From assembly GCA_013286945.1 (NCBI GenBank), contig JABDET010000003.1:1-54042 (forward strand): DNA of 54,042 bases, in the 5' to 3' direction. The notes under the pieces are model-generated. The model saw only the letters and a program-made list of their open reading frames with translations. It had not been told where the DNA came from and ran no database searches. Origin of the DNA: Candidatus Melainabacteria bacterium (GTDB taxonomy: Bacteria > Vulcanimicrobiota > JABDET01). The translations under genes were made by a program, and so were the position numbers. Below, one piece after another: positions 1 to 9,700 of this stretch. Position 1 is the first letter of the stretch, and the number at the start of each line of letters is the position of its first letter.

Positions 1-198
1 GCGCCCCAGATCATCGGTTCCAAGCCAGGCTTCGTGGGACGGAGGAAACAGGCGATGGGTGAGGTCAATGGTGATCGGATTCTTGGGCGAAAGCCACGGG
101 GCAAAAAAAGCAAACGAGAAGAGAACGAACAGGATGAAGAGACTGAACCAAGCCCCAGAATGTTTCCAGAATCTCCGAGACATGCGGAGCATTTCCAT
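1..198 (-). CDS. Peptide ABC transporter permease (DppC/OppC-like), N-terminal part running off the window edge
   Basis: Hand translation of the minus strand (not in the ORF track): MEMLRMSRRFWKHSGAWFSLFILFVLFSFAFFAPWLSPKNPITIDLTHRLFPPSHEAWLGTDDLGR, the typical OppC N-terminus ending in the LGTDxLGR motif. Confidence 0.85.
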   Translation of the reverse strand, partial: MEMLRMSRRFWKHSGAWFSLFILFVLFSFAFFAPWLSPKNPITIDLTHRLFPPSHEAWLGTDDLGR

Positions 199-322
199 GC
201 GAATCACAAGAAAGCCTTTCAAAGCCGCTGGCTCAATAGTTCGAAGTGGACTTCTTCGAACCGAAAATTTGATCTTCCGCAGAAGGAATACGATTCGTTA
301 GGTTTGAATCGCTTCACACGGT

Positions 323-1345
323 ATGGGAGTGATTGCGCGAACACCGAACCGAGTCGATTTTGCGGGGGGAACCCTCGATATTTATCCGTTGTACTTGTTT
401 GAAGATGGAAGTGTCACCGTCAATGTGGCCATTCAAGTTTACAGTACTGCCGAAGTTGAAAAACGAAATGATTCCGAAATTCATTTTCATTCTCACGATC
501 TGAAAAAAGAACTTTCGTTTCGATCGATCGAGGAATGCCGCCCCCAAAACGAGTTGGATTTGCTGATTCGTGCTGTTCGGCATTACCGTCCTTCCAAGGG
601 GATGAAGCTTTCAACAAAAAATGAAGCCCCTCAAGGATCTGGTCTTGGAGCTTCCTCGGCCCTATTAATGGCAGTAAGTGCGGCGATGGCCGAGTTCAAT
701 GGGAACAAGCTTAGCATTCAGCAAATCATCGATATCGGGGCAAACTTAGAAGCTCAAACCATTCGAATTCCCACCGGAAAGCAAGATTACTTGGCTGCCA
801 TGCATGGGGGATTGAATGCTTTTGTCTTCGATGAGTCAGGGATAAAGCGAGAGCCCATTCTTTACCAGGATCAAGAAATCGAATCTCTGGAATCGCGAAT
901 CATTCTTTCGTACACCGGAATCCCTCACTTTTCTGGAGAGAACAACTGGACGATCATGCGCCGCTACATTGACGGGGAATCGAGCACGGTCAACGCGTTA
1001 CGAAGAATCAAGTCAACCGCTTTGAAAATGCGGGAAGCAGTTCTAGCGCGGAACTGGGATGAGATCGGTGATGCCCTCAAAGAAGAGTGGGAAAATCGGA
1101 AAGCGCTGGCTGAAGGGGTGACCACACCGGTCGTGGAGCACTTGATGGCAAAAGCCAAAGAGGGTGGAGCGAAAACGAGCAAGCTTTGTGGCGCTGGTGG
1201 TGGAGGCTGCATGATGACCTGGGTTGAGCCAGACAAGAAAAAGAAAGTAGCCGATGTCTTAAAGCAAGAAGGGGCAGAAATTCTTCCCTTCAAGGTTTCG
1301 AAATCAGGGCTTGAAGTCAAGCAAAAGACGCACGTGGTTCCGTGA
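323..1345 (+). CDS. GHMP-family sugar kinase (HddA-like heptose-7-phosphate kinase)
   Basis: Motifs PNRVDFAGGTLD, PQGSGLGASS, GKQD and GAGGGG. Confidence 0.85.
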   Translation: MGVIARTPNRVDFAGGTLDIYPLYLFEDGSVTVNVAIQVYSTAEVEKRNDSEIHFHSHDLKKELSFRSIEECRPQNELDLLIRAVRHYRPSKGMKLSTKNEAPQGSGLGASSALLMAVSAAMAEFNGNKLSIQQIIDIGANLEAQTIRIPTGKQDYLAAMHGGLNAFVFDESGIKREPILYQDQEIESLESRIILSYTGIPHFSGENNWTIMRRYIDGESSTVNALRRIKSTALKMREAVLARNWDEIGDALKEEWENRKALAEGVTTPVVEHLMAKAKEGGAKTSKLCGAGGGGCMMTWVEPDKKKKVADVLKQEGAEILPFKVSKSGLEVKQKTHVVP

Positions 1346-1356
1346 TCTTCCTCGTA

Positions 1357-2145
1357 TTATCCTAATCCATTCGCACCAAAGCCAACGTGATGACCAATAA
1401 CAACATGTCCTGCTGGTAGTCTATGACCCTTGAGGCGTGCCTCCATCAGGGAGGACTGCACTCCACGGTGAATGGCTGTCCAGGGCTGAAGGACTTGGTA
1501 GGTTTCGCTCGCGCTTGCTGTGTAAGCTTTGACAGCAACATGTTGAAGAGCACCCCCAACGGTTTCCACAGGGTAGCCTTGTCCTTGCAGATGAAGGACA
1601 CAACCTACGCTAGCATCAAGCATAGTGGGTGCATTCGCCCAGAGCGAGCGGTTGTTAATGGTGCCTTGTTCCGCACCAGGGGCAAAAAGAGAAAGGAGTT
1701 GTTTTTCAAGTTTTGTTTGTTGAGTAGGGGTGTCGCCGCTCTCTGGGAATGCCTTCTTTGGTGGGGACTGATCTCCAAAAAGGAGTCGTTGTGCAACGAA
1801 ATGAAATGCATCGACAGCTCCCGCTTGGGTCGCTTGGGTTAGAAGACCACGGCACTTATCCGCGAGTGCTTCACAACTTTCTTGATTATTGTAGGGAGGA
1901 GTCACAGTCTCAATCAGTTCTCTTCGCGCGACGATTCCGTCACGCTGTGGTGGCACCTGCCCGCTAAAAGGATTCAAGTCATACGTGTCACGCCACGAAG
2001 CAATGTGCCCTCGAAAGATGTCATCATAGAATGCGCTCGGTTTGGCCCTGAGTAAGCCCGTGCCTATGAATTTTTCCAAGACACCAAGAAAAAAACGGTT
2101 TGTATCTCCTATTGGATCTTGATTATGAATAACCATAATGAACAT
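1357..2145 (-). CDS. Hypothetical protein (262 aa)
   Basis: Long ORF filling the gap between two genes, AAGGAG just before the ATG, no recognisable domain. Confidence 0.65.
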   Translation of the reverse strand: MFIMVIHNQDPIGDTNRFFLGVLEKFIGTGLLRAKPSAFYDDIFRGHIASWRDTYDLNPFSGQVPPQRDGIVARRELIETVTPPYNNQESCEALADKCRGLLTQATQAGAVDAFHFVAQRLLFGDQSPPKKAFPESGDTPTQQTKLEKQLLSLFAPGAEQGTINNRSLWANAPTMLDASVGCVLHLQGQGYPVETVGGALQHVAVKAYTASASETYQVLQPWTAIHRGVQSSLMEARLKGHRLPAGHVVIGHHVGFGANGLG

Positions 2146-2225
2146 TGCTCCTTGTAAACAATTGGTATCACTGGGAATACTTTTTCTAGTTTACCCCATT
2201 TAGTGCGGAAATGGCAAGAGAAGAT

Positions 2226-2242
2226 TGTTACAAACTTGTTAA
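2226..2242 (-). promoter_or_regulatory. Direct-repeat box TTAACA-N5-GTAACA upstream of the 1357..2145 ORF
   Basis: Same 11-bp-period hexamer pair as upstream of the 24.6-30 kb orphan genes; GTGATAC about 70 bp downstream. Confidence 0.45.
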
Positions 2243-3121
2243 TTCTTCGATACCCCCGTGAAAGCCGGTGAGAAAAAGGCCGGCAATGATAGCGGCCCCA
2301 CCGATGATTTGCAAGAATTGCGGGGTTTCGCCAAGCATGGGCCATGCCACAAGAAGACCAACCAAAGGGATAAGATTGCTGTAGGCTGAAGTCCGCGCAT
2401 TTCCTCGTTCTCCAATGGCCCGATACCAGAGAACTTGGGCAAGTGCGATTGAGAGAATGGCGCTGTAGAAAAGAGCTCCCCAATCTCGCCCGGTGATGAT
2501 ACTCCAGTTCTGATGAAGCAAGGATGGAATAGAACAGAGAAACAAGAAGAACGCGCCAGTCCAAAGGGTTGCCGCCGTGGTGGCCATCGCTCCGTACTTG
2601 CGAACAAGAGGGGCAGAGGCCACAATGTAGATAGACCAGACAATCCCGGCCAAGAAAACCGTAAGATCCCCGCGAAGGGTTCCCTTTCCAAGCCCAATGG
2701 CGGAATGACTTCCGATCACAACAAGCCCCACCCCGAACAACGAGGCGAAAATGCCACCCCACATCCGTGGACTTACTTTTTCTTTTTCCAGCATGACCGC
2801 AAAAAGAGCTACAAAAACAGGGGTTGTGGCCAGAATCAAGCTTGTGTTTCCGGCCAAAGTCCAGCTGACACCAAGAATAAAAAGAATTTGGTAAAAAGTG
2901 TTTCCAAGAAGTCCAACCACAATCACTTTCCCCCAATCTTTTCTGAATGAGGGGAAAGTTCGGTTGTATCCTTTGAAGAGAATGAAAATCACCAGTGAGG
3001 CAATCAAGAATCGAATTCCATTGAAGGTGAGTGGAGAAAAATGATTCAGTGCTTCTTTCACAATGGAGTAGTTCAGTCCCCAAACAAAGACAAGGAAAAG
3101 AAGAGACAAATCGGTCATCAA
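2228..3121 (-). CDS. DMT/EamA family transporter
   Basis: About 10 TM segments, WGLN..RFLIA motif, duplicated EamA halves. Confidence 0.92.
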   Translation of the reverse strand: MMTDLSLLFLVFVWGLNYSIVKEALNHFSPLTFNGIRFLIASLVIFILFKGYNRTFPSFRKDWGKVIVVGLLGNTFYQILFILGVSWTLAGNTSLILATTPVFVALFAVMLEKEKVSPRMWGGIFASLFGVGLVVIGSHSAIGLGKGTLRGDLTVFLAGIVWSIYIVASAPLVRKYGAMATTAATLWTGAFFLFLCSIPSLLHQNWSIITGRDWGALFYSAILSIALAQVLWYRAIGERGNARTSAYSNLIPLVGLLVAWPMLGETPQFLQIIGGAAIIAGLFLTGFHGGIEELTSL

Positions 3122-3125
3122 TTGA

Positions 3126-3518
3126 CTATCTGCGTGACATTCCGAACATTCCGGCGGAAAATAACATGAGGAGGATGGTCAGAATCAGATACCCAAATCC
3201 AAAAATTCCTCCGACCCAAACCCCCACCAGTGCATGGACTCGACCTTTTGCTTCAGGATGTTCCCTTGCATAGCTTAATCCTTTTATCCCTAAGATGAAG
3301 GCAGTGATGCCGAGAAGAATTCCAAGACACGGAATCAGCGAGAAAACCCCGAGGTAATAGGCAATGAGGGCATAAGGGTTTTTGTACGGAATGATGGTCG
3401 AAACCACTGAATCATCACTTGGGCTCGGTATTTGCGATAGAACAGGAAGTGGTTTTCCACATTTTTGACATTGAGGGAGAGCATTATCATTTGATGTGCC
3501 GCAGTCTGGACAGTACAT
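3126..3518 (-). CDS. Zinc-ribbon plus DUF4190-like membrane protein
   Basis: CPDCG...CQKCG ribbon followed by ALIAYYLGVFSLIPCLGILLG hydrophobic segments. Confidence 0.8.
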   Translation of the reverse strand: MYCPDCGTSNDNALPQCQKCGKPLPVLSQIPSPSDDSVVSTIIPYKNPYALIAYYLGVFSLIPCLGILLGITAFILGIKGLSYAREHPEAKGRVHALVGVWVGGIFGFGYLILTILLMLFSAGMFGMSRR

Positions 3519-3533
3519 GGTGAACCTCCTGGT

Positions 3534-3617
3534 TTAGTTTTTTCCTAATTCACCGGAGCTGATTAAGTGAATAATTTCTTCCAAATCCCCTTTCATGAAT
3601 CGGTCTTCTTCAAGGGG
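3534..3617 (-). pseudogene. 3'-terminal fragment resembling histidine ammonia-lyase (HutH) C-terminus
   Basis: IPLEEDRFMKGDLEEIIHLISSGELGKN* resembles the HutH C-terminal DRFxxPDIExxxxLxxxGxL pattern; no upstream hutH body is present. Confidence 0.5.
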
Positions 3618-4151
3618 TATTATGGTGGATGGATCGATCAATCCTTGATGGGTTGTATGGACATTCTCCTTGCTTTTCCAAGCATTCTTTTGGCGATCGC
3701 GATTGTGGCCATTCTTGGACCAAGCCTTCCCAATGCTACCCTCGCCATCGGCATTGTGGGGATTCCGCTCTTTGCACGACTCACACGAGGCCAAGTCTTA
3801 GCCATCAAACCCTTGGAATACGTGGAAGCGGCACGCGCTATCGGAAACCCAAATTGGCGTATTCTCTTGTTTCACATCCTCCCCAACTGTTCAGGAATCT
3901 TGATTGTGCAATTGGCTCTGGGTCTTGGAGGTGCAATTTTGGATCTGGCTGGACTCAGTTTCCTTGGCCTCGGGGCTCAACCCCCGGCTCCTGAATGGGG
4001 CGCCATGCTTTCCGATACGGTCCGCTTCCTTGAGAAAGCCCCTTGGACCGTGATCTTCCCAGGCCTGATGATCACCTTCACCGTTTTGGGCTTTAACTTA
4101 TTGGGAGACCGATTCCGGGATTGGCTTGACCCTCGGCGTTCTCTCATCTAA
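3612..4151 (+). pseudogene. Peptide ABC transporter permease (DppC/OppC-like), C-terminal part lacking its N-terminus
   Basis: Similarity begins at GYYGGWID; EAA motif (YVEAARAIG) and LSFLGLGAQPPAPEWG; the first 16 codons of the called ORF (3567) are not permease-like. Confidence 0.8.
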
Positions 4152-6392
4152 AAGCAATTCGAACCCAATCGTTCCATCATGATCGGTTCGGTAAACATAA
4201 GGAATCCTTTTCCGAAGTCTTTTGAGTGTGAGAGGGGATGGATGATGGTAAAGATTGTGCTCGCCGACAGAAACCACTGCGATCCGCGGGGATACCGCTC
4301 TTAAGAAATCTTCCGTGGACGACGTGCCACTTCCATGATGCGGAACTTTTAAGATCTGACTTCGGAGTAAGCTTTTTGGATGGAGGTGGTTAAGGAGCGC
4401 TTTTTCTCCTTCCAGCTCGACATCACCAGCAAACAAAATCTTGACATCACCAATCTCAAGCTGGCTCACCACGGAGTTGTTGTTGAGATCCGAATGCGTT
4501 CCGTGCAATAACGGAAACTCCGGCCAATAAAGATTGAGGGTTGCACCTTCGGCAAGCTGGATTTTCTCGTGGTCATGAACAAAGAGTAATGGAATCTTGC
4601 ATTTCTTTGCTTCTGCTAAGAATGTCTTATACAGCGGCGAAGGGGTCGAAAGATCTGGAAGCCAAATCCGTTTGACTTTGAAATGTTGTAGAACCGCCAA
4701 CATTCCCCCCAGATGATCCAGATGCGGATGCGTGAGAAGAATCCCATCAAGAACATTCACTCCGCGCGCACGAAGTGCGGGAACCACTACGCGTTCACCC
4801 ACCGAAAATCCATCGAGTTCTGTTTCCGTTGGACTTCCCCCTGCATCCAAGAGAAAAGTCTTTCTTTGAATCGAAAGAATGGCCGAGTCTCCTTGCCCTA
4901 CATCCAAAAAAGTAATGCGTGTCGGTGGACTCACGAAAAAACTTCGAATCCAAAAACATGCGAGTAACCCAGACGTCGTTGCGAACAAGATCTTTCCTTG
5001 CCGAGTCTTGATCAGCCACAAGCCAACTAAACTCAGATAGAAAAGAAAAATAGTCAAAAGGTTAGGGGTACTGACGGATTGATAGGCCAAAGGAATCTCA
5101 CTGCAAACTTTGACAATCCAAAGCATCAGGCTTAACACGACTTGGTGACAAGAAGAAACCATCATAGCGGCTGATTTCCAGAGAAAGCTTAGCCCAAAGC
5201 TTAAGCTTCCGAGAAACATCGAGACAGCGGATAAGGGAACAACCAAGAGATTAGCCAAAGGCGAAATCAAAGAAAACGTGTGAAAGTAATAAGCAAGAGG
5301 AATCAAGATCGGAAGTTGAGCGGAGATCGTCACGCTGATTGAATCCGCGATCCATTTTGGCAAGAAGCTTAATTTCAAAGCCAACGGCTCAAAAAAGAAA
5401 AGAATGCCAAAAACCGAGAGAAACGAAAGCTGAAATCCTGGATCAAAAAGCCAAAATGGATTAACGAGCAGCAAAATAAAAGCCACAAGGAGAAAAGCAT
5501 CCAAGCTATCTCGTCCTCGCCCTAACAAGAGGGCAATCGCCGCGCACAGCGCCATCAAGACTCCTCGCAAAAGGGGTGGTTCAGGCCCGATGAGAAAGGC
5601 ATAACCAAGAACGGCTAGCCCTGCACCAACCAATCGAACCTGAAATGGACATTGCCACAGAAGAAACCAAATGCCGAGGGAAACCAAGGCAACCTTCAGT
5701 CCTGAAGCCACCAAGAGATGATACGTTCCCGTAACGCGAAACTCATCCATGACATTGTCTTCGATTTGCCGATGATCCCCAAAGAAAATTCCTTTGGCTA
5801 GAGAATCATACGGTGCTAAAAGAGAAAACGAAAACCACGATTCCATCGACTCGCGACTTTGACTGGCCCATGAAAGAAAGGGACGGTTTTTCTCTTCTAT
5901 AGCCTTCGAGATAAAATAAAAATGATGGCAACCCTTTGCTTGGTATGCACTCCCCTTTCTTGAAAGTTCATCCAAGACCCCTTCGGCTTGAATTGTCGAG
6001 TGAAGAGAAAAATATTGGGGTGAGTAAACCAGAACCTTGGCTTGAAGCGGATGCCATCTCTGGCCAAAATAAGCCTGACTTGTTTTTCCTAAAAAGCGAT
6101 AGTGCTCCGGGGTTGCAACCGGTGTTTCATCCACCTCGAGCCTGAAAACCATCGTTTGGCCGTTTAATCCTTTTAACGAATCGTCTCGATATGAATCCGA
6201 AAGCATGCCATAGCGAAGACCTGCTACAGAAAAAAAGAGAAAGAAGATCGGCCAAAACCGCAAGCCTTTCCACAAAGAAGCCATGAGGCAAACCCCAAGG
6301 AGTCCCCACCAAAAAAGAGTGTGAACCCCAAGAAACTTCGCCACAAGGATCCCAAGAATTACAAAACCAAGCGGAAGAACAACGGGAGCCAC
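4098..6392 (-). CDS. comEC: DNA internalization competence protein ComEC/Rec2
   Basis: Competence domain (HLLVASGL, GFQLSF) fused to a metallo-beta-lactamase domain (DVGQGD, THPHLDHLGG, KVPHHGS). Confidence 0.95.
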   Translation of the reverse strand: MAPVVLPLGFVILGILVAKFLGVHTLFWWGLLGVCLMASLWKGLRFWPIFFLFFSVAGLRYGMLSDSYRDDSLKGLNGQTMVFRLEVDETPVATPEHYRFLGKTSQAYFGQRWHPLQAKVLVYSPQYFSLHSTIQAEGVLDELSRKGSAYQAKGCHHFYFISKAIEEKNRPFLSWASQSRESMESWFSFSLLAPYDSLAKGIFFGDHRQIEDNVMDEFRVTGTYHLLVASGLKVALVSLGIWFLLWQCPFQVRLVGAGLAVLGYAFLIGPEPPLLRGVLMALCAAIALLLGRGRDSLDAFLLVAFILLLVNPFWLFDPGFQLSFLSVFGILFFFEPLALKLSFLPKWIADSISVTISAQLPILIPLAYYFHTFSLISPLANLLVVPLSAVSMFLGSLSFGLSFLWKSAAMMVSSCHQVVLSLMLWIVKVCSEIPLAYQSVSTPNLLTIFLFYLSLVGLWLIKTRQGKILFATTSGLLACFWIRSFFVSPPTRITFLDVGQGDSAILSIQRKTFLLDAGGSPTETELDGFSVGERVVVPALRARGVNVLDGILLTHPHLDHLGGMLAVLQHFKVKRIWLPDLSTPSPLYKTFLAEAKKCKIPLLFVHDHEKIQLAEGATLNLYWPEFPLLHGTHSDLNNNSVVSQLEIGDVKILFAGDVELEGEKALLNHLHPKSLLRSQILKVPHHGSGTSSTEDFLRAVSPRIAVVSVGEHNLYHHPSPLTLKRLRKRIPYVYRTDHDGTIGFELLLDERTPRVKPIPESVSQ

Positions 6393-6433
6393 CTTATTGG
6401 CCTTCCAAGGTACTTTGAAATCCCCTGCCAGTC

Positions 6434-6889
6434 TTAAACGACGGTTAAGCGGCGGAGGCCGAGCTCTCGTAAAGCCTGAAGCGCTAGGTGATAACTTAGG
6501 TGGCCGAATCCGCTAATCTGGCCGATGCAAACCGGGGAAATGATCGAACGTTTGCGAAATTCTTCTCGGGCAAAAACGTTGGAAAGGTGAACTTCAACCA
6601 CGGGAATTTTCACGGCGGCAATCACGTCTCGTAACGCATAGCTTGAATGGGTTAACGCCCCCGCGTTCAAAACAATTCCTGAAGCCCAGGTTCGGGCCTC
6701 TTGGATTGCGTCAACCAAATCTCCTTCGTGATTCGATTGGCGAATATCAACCACCATTCCTAATTCCTTTGCCCACCCTTCAATTTTTCGACCCAGCTCT
6801 TCAAAGGAATCTTTCCCGTAAATCTCTGGTTCTCGCTCACCGAGAAGATTGAGATTGGGGCCATTTAAAACAAGAATTTTCATGGTCAT
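6434..6889 (-). CDS. aroQ: Type II 3-dehydroquinate dehydratase
   Basis: LNGPNLNLLGEREPEIYG and EVHLSNVFAREEFR. Confidence 0.97.
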   Translation of the reverse strand: MTMKILVLNGPNLNLLGEREPEIYGKDSFEELGRKIEGWAKELGMVVDIRQSNHEGDLVDAIQEARTWASGIVLNAGALTHSSYALRDVIAAVKIPVVEVHLSNVFAREEFRKRSIISPVCIGQISGFGHLSYHLALQALRELGLRRLTVV

Positions 6890-8040
6890 TTTCCTTTTTC
6901 ACCCCTTAACTCGGTTAGCACATTCATCACCAGATTTTCTGGAATATTTTCTTTAACGACCGCTTTGCCCAGATCCGAAAGAAGAACAAAGCGAAGTGAT
7001 CCTGTCCGTTTCTTGTCTCGTCCCATGAGGCCAAGAAGTGTTTCAGGCAAGATATCCTCATAGCGAACAGAAAAACCAAGCTTCACCAAGAGGGCTTCCA
7101 CCAGACGGGTCGTCTTCCTAGAAAGCCGCAGAACCTTTTCAGACAAGAGACAGGCGCCTACCAATCCGATGGCCACCGCTTCTCCATGGGTATACCGCTC
7201 GTAGTGGGTAGCTGTTTCGATCGCATGAGCAAACGTGTGCCCTAAGTTCAAGAGCATCCGTTCGCCCCTTTCCTCAGGGTCGCGTTCAACGATCGCCAGT
7301 TTTCCTGAAATCGACCGCAGAAGAAGGGAGTCAAGAATTTCTTCCTTCTCTTTCTCTTTCGCACTCGAAAACTGGAACGCTTCTCGGAAAGCTTTTTCCC
7401 CTTCCAGCATGCACATCTTGATGATCTCAGCAAAGCCATTCCGAAATTCGCGTGCGGGGAGTGTCTTTAAAAATTGCGAATCAATGAAGGCAAACTGTGG
7501 GTGATAAAAGGTTCCCACCAAGTTTTTCCCTTCGAGAAGATTGATTCCCGTCTTTCCACCAATGGCGGCATCCGCTTGGGCAAGGAGTGTCGTGGGAATT
7601 AAGATCAGTGGAAGGCCCCGCATGTAGGTCGATGCCACAAATCCGACCAGATCGGTGATGACTCCCCCACCTAAAGCAACCACGAGGGTGGTCCGTCGTG
7701 CACTGATTTCTACCAATCGACTGTAAAGATTCTTCGCAGATTGCAAATTCTTGTTGATTTCTCCTCCGGAAATCTCAATGACCTGAACCGGGTGGCCTGC
7801 TTTTTCGAGTAAGCTTGTTACTTGATCTCCAAAAACAGTAAAAACAGTCTTGTCCGCAACCAAAGCAATATCCGAAAACTGAATTGAGGAAAGAGCGTTT
7901 GGAAGTTGCTCAAGTGATCCGCGACCAACCAGGAGTTGGACATTTCCATGGGGAGTTCGAAGTCGAAGTTTTCGGAGGGAACGACGGATTTTCGACGATT
8001 TCTTTGATTCGAGATCCAAGGTAAGCATCGATCCCTTCAT
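6886..8040 (-). CDS. aroB: 3-dehydroquinate synthase
   Basis: GGGVITDLVGF, PTTLLAQADAAIGGKTG, LNLGHTFAHAIE. Confidence 0.96.
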   Translation of the reverse strand: MKGSMLTLDLESKKSSKIRRSLRKLRLRTPHGNVQLLVGRGSLEQLPNALSSIQFSDIALVADKTVFTVFGDQVTSLLEKAGHPVQVIEISGGEINKNLQSAKNLYSRLVEISARRTTLVVALGGGVITDLVGFVASTYMRGLPLILIPTTLLAQADAAIGGKTGINLLEGKNLVGTFYHPQFAFIDSQFLKTLPAREFRNGFAEIIKMCMLEGEKAFREAFQFSSAKEKEKEEILDSLLLRSISGKLAIVERDPEERGERMLLNLGHTFAHAIETATHYERYTHGEAVAIGLVGACLLSEKVLRLSRKTTRLVEALLVKLGFSVRYEDILPETLLGLMGRDKKRTGSLRFVLLSDLGKAVVKENIPENLVMNVLTELRGEKGK

Positions 8041-8048
8041 GGCTGCTT

Positions 8049-8570
8049 CTATTTTTCAGCTGCCAAATCAATGCCAAGCAATTCCAAGATCTTATCCGAC
8101 ACTTGCTCTGGCGTGAGTCCGGTGGTATCGACCTGAGTTCCTATTTTTTTATAGAGAGGTTCCCTTTCCTTGAGAAGCTCGAGTGCCGCATTCAACCCAC
8201 CCTTTAAGAGAGGCCGAGTCTTGTCCTTAGCCAAACGTTTCTTAAGCTCTTCTTCCGAAGCCACCAAACAAACAATGGCGGAATTCTCAGTGGCCATGGA
8301 CAATGTTTCTGGATCGAGCAGTGTGCCACCACCCGTAGAAATCACCACTTCGTTCATCGAAACAAGCCCTTCGAGACAGCGCTTTTCAAGCTTTCGAAAA
8401 TACGCTTCTCCTTTCCGTTCAAAGATTTCAGAAACCGGCATCCCTTCCGTGGTTTCGGCCAAACCATCCGCATCGAAAAAAAGCCACTTCAACTTGGAGG
8501 CCAACACCTTTCCAACCACGGTTTTTCCGGTCCCCATGAATCCGGTAATGATCACGCGTTTAGAGTTCAT
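8049..8570 (-). CDS. aroK: Shikimate kinase
   Basis: GFMGTGKT P-loop, STGGG, RPLL. Confidence 0.96.
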   Translation of the reverse strand: MNSKRVIITGFMGTGKTVVGKVLASKLKWLFFDADGLAETTEGMPVSEIFERKGEAYFRKLEKRCLEGLVSMNEVVISTGGGTLLDPETLSMATENSAIVCLVASEEELKKRLAKDKTRPLLKGGLNAALELLKEREPLYKKIGTQVDTTGLTPEQVSDKILELLGIDLAAEK

Positions 8571-9700
8571 CGACGGCTAACCATCTCCTGATACGTTTTG
8601 TAACTCTGCGTTACTTCGGTCATTGAATCCCCCGCAAATTTCTCTTGGAAGAAAGTCGCCAACACCAGGGCCACCATGGCTTCTCCAACAACACTCGCCG
8701 CGGGAACTGCACACACGTCGGCCCGCTGATAATGAGACTTTCCAGGTTCCTTTGTCGCCATGTCCACGGAAGCCATCGGCTTGCGTATGCTTGAGATCGG
8801 CTTCATGTAACCGGTGACTAAGACCGGCTCTCCGTTAGAGATTCCCCCTTCAGTTCCTCCTGCACGGTTCGAATGACGGAAGAATCTTCCTTCCTTGTAT
8901 CCGATCTGATCGTGTGCTTCAGATCCCTTTCGCCGTGAATTCTCTAACCCTTCTCCAATTTCTACCGCTTTGATGGCCTGGATGCTTATGATGGCTTGAG
9001 CAAGGGCGGCATCGAGGCGATTATCCCATTGAACGTGACTTCCGAGCCCAACGGGAACTCCCTCGGCGATGACGAGAAAAGCGCCACCGAGCGAATCCCC
9101 TTCTTCTTTACATCGATCGATCAATTCCATGACAGCTTTTTCTTCTTGGGGAGAGGGAAACCGAAGGGGGGAACTTTCCACCTGACTTCTTAGTTGCCGA
9201 ATCGACAGGGACGGAGGACGCGAAACAATCCCCCCGATCTCGGTGACGATTCCTAAAATGTCGACACCAAATTGAGCTAAAAATTTCTTTGCAATCGCAC
9301 CAAGGGCTACTCGAGCAGCGGTTTCACGAGCACTGGCACGTTCCGAGATCGCTCGAATATCGGTTTGGTCATATTTCAAAAGTCCAGCCAAATCCGCGTG
9401 GCCAGGTCTTGGAAAATTGATCGGGGGGAGCTTATCTTCGCGCTGCAACTGCCAATCTTTGTTTTCAATCATGACCGCAATCGGTGCCCCGGTGGTCTTG
9501 CCCCGGAAAACACCCGAAAGCAAGATGGCTTGGTCACTCTCAATCTTCATTCGTCCACCACGACCATAACCGGCCATACGCCGCTTGAGATCGCCGTTTA
9601 AGTCTTCCTCGGCGAGGGGAAGACCGGAGGGAATGCCTTCAATAAAACCGATCAAGCACCGACCATGTGACTCACCGGTGGTAAGAAAACGCAAAGTCAT
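8567..9700 (-). CDS. aroC: Chorismate synthase
   Basis: GESHG, PRPGHAD, ERASARETAARVA. Confidence 0.98.
   Translation of the reverse strand: MTLRFLTTGESHGRCLIGFIEGIPSGLPLAEEDLNGDLKRRMAGYGRGGRMKIESDQAILLSGVFRGKTTGAPIAVMIENKDWQLQREDKLPPINFPRPGHADLAGLLKYDQTDIRAISERASARETAARVALGAIAKKFLAQFGVDILGIVTEIGGIVSRPPSLSIRQLRSQVESSPLRFPSPQEEKAVMELIDRCKEEGDSLGGAFLVIAEGVPVGLGSHVQWDNRLDAALAQAIISIQAIKAVEIGEGLENSRRKGSEAHDQIGYKEGRFFRHSNRAGGTEGGISNGEPVLVTGYMKPISSIRKPMASVDMATKEPGKSHYQRADVCAVPAASVVGEAMVALVLATFFQEKFAGDSMTEVTQSYKTYQEMVSRR

Noticed and set aside
34-402. Plus-strand ORFs 34..402 and 59..301
   Set aside because: Antisense shadows of the minus-strand dppC-like N-terminus; no protein-like features.
3534-3794. 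86-aa minus-strand ORF as a complete gene
   Set aside because: Its first ~60 codons are antisense to the permease; only the last ~27 aa look like real (HutH-like) coding sequence.
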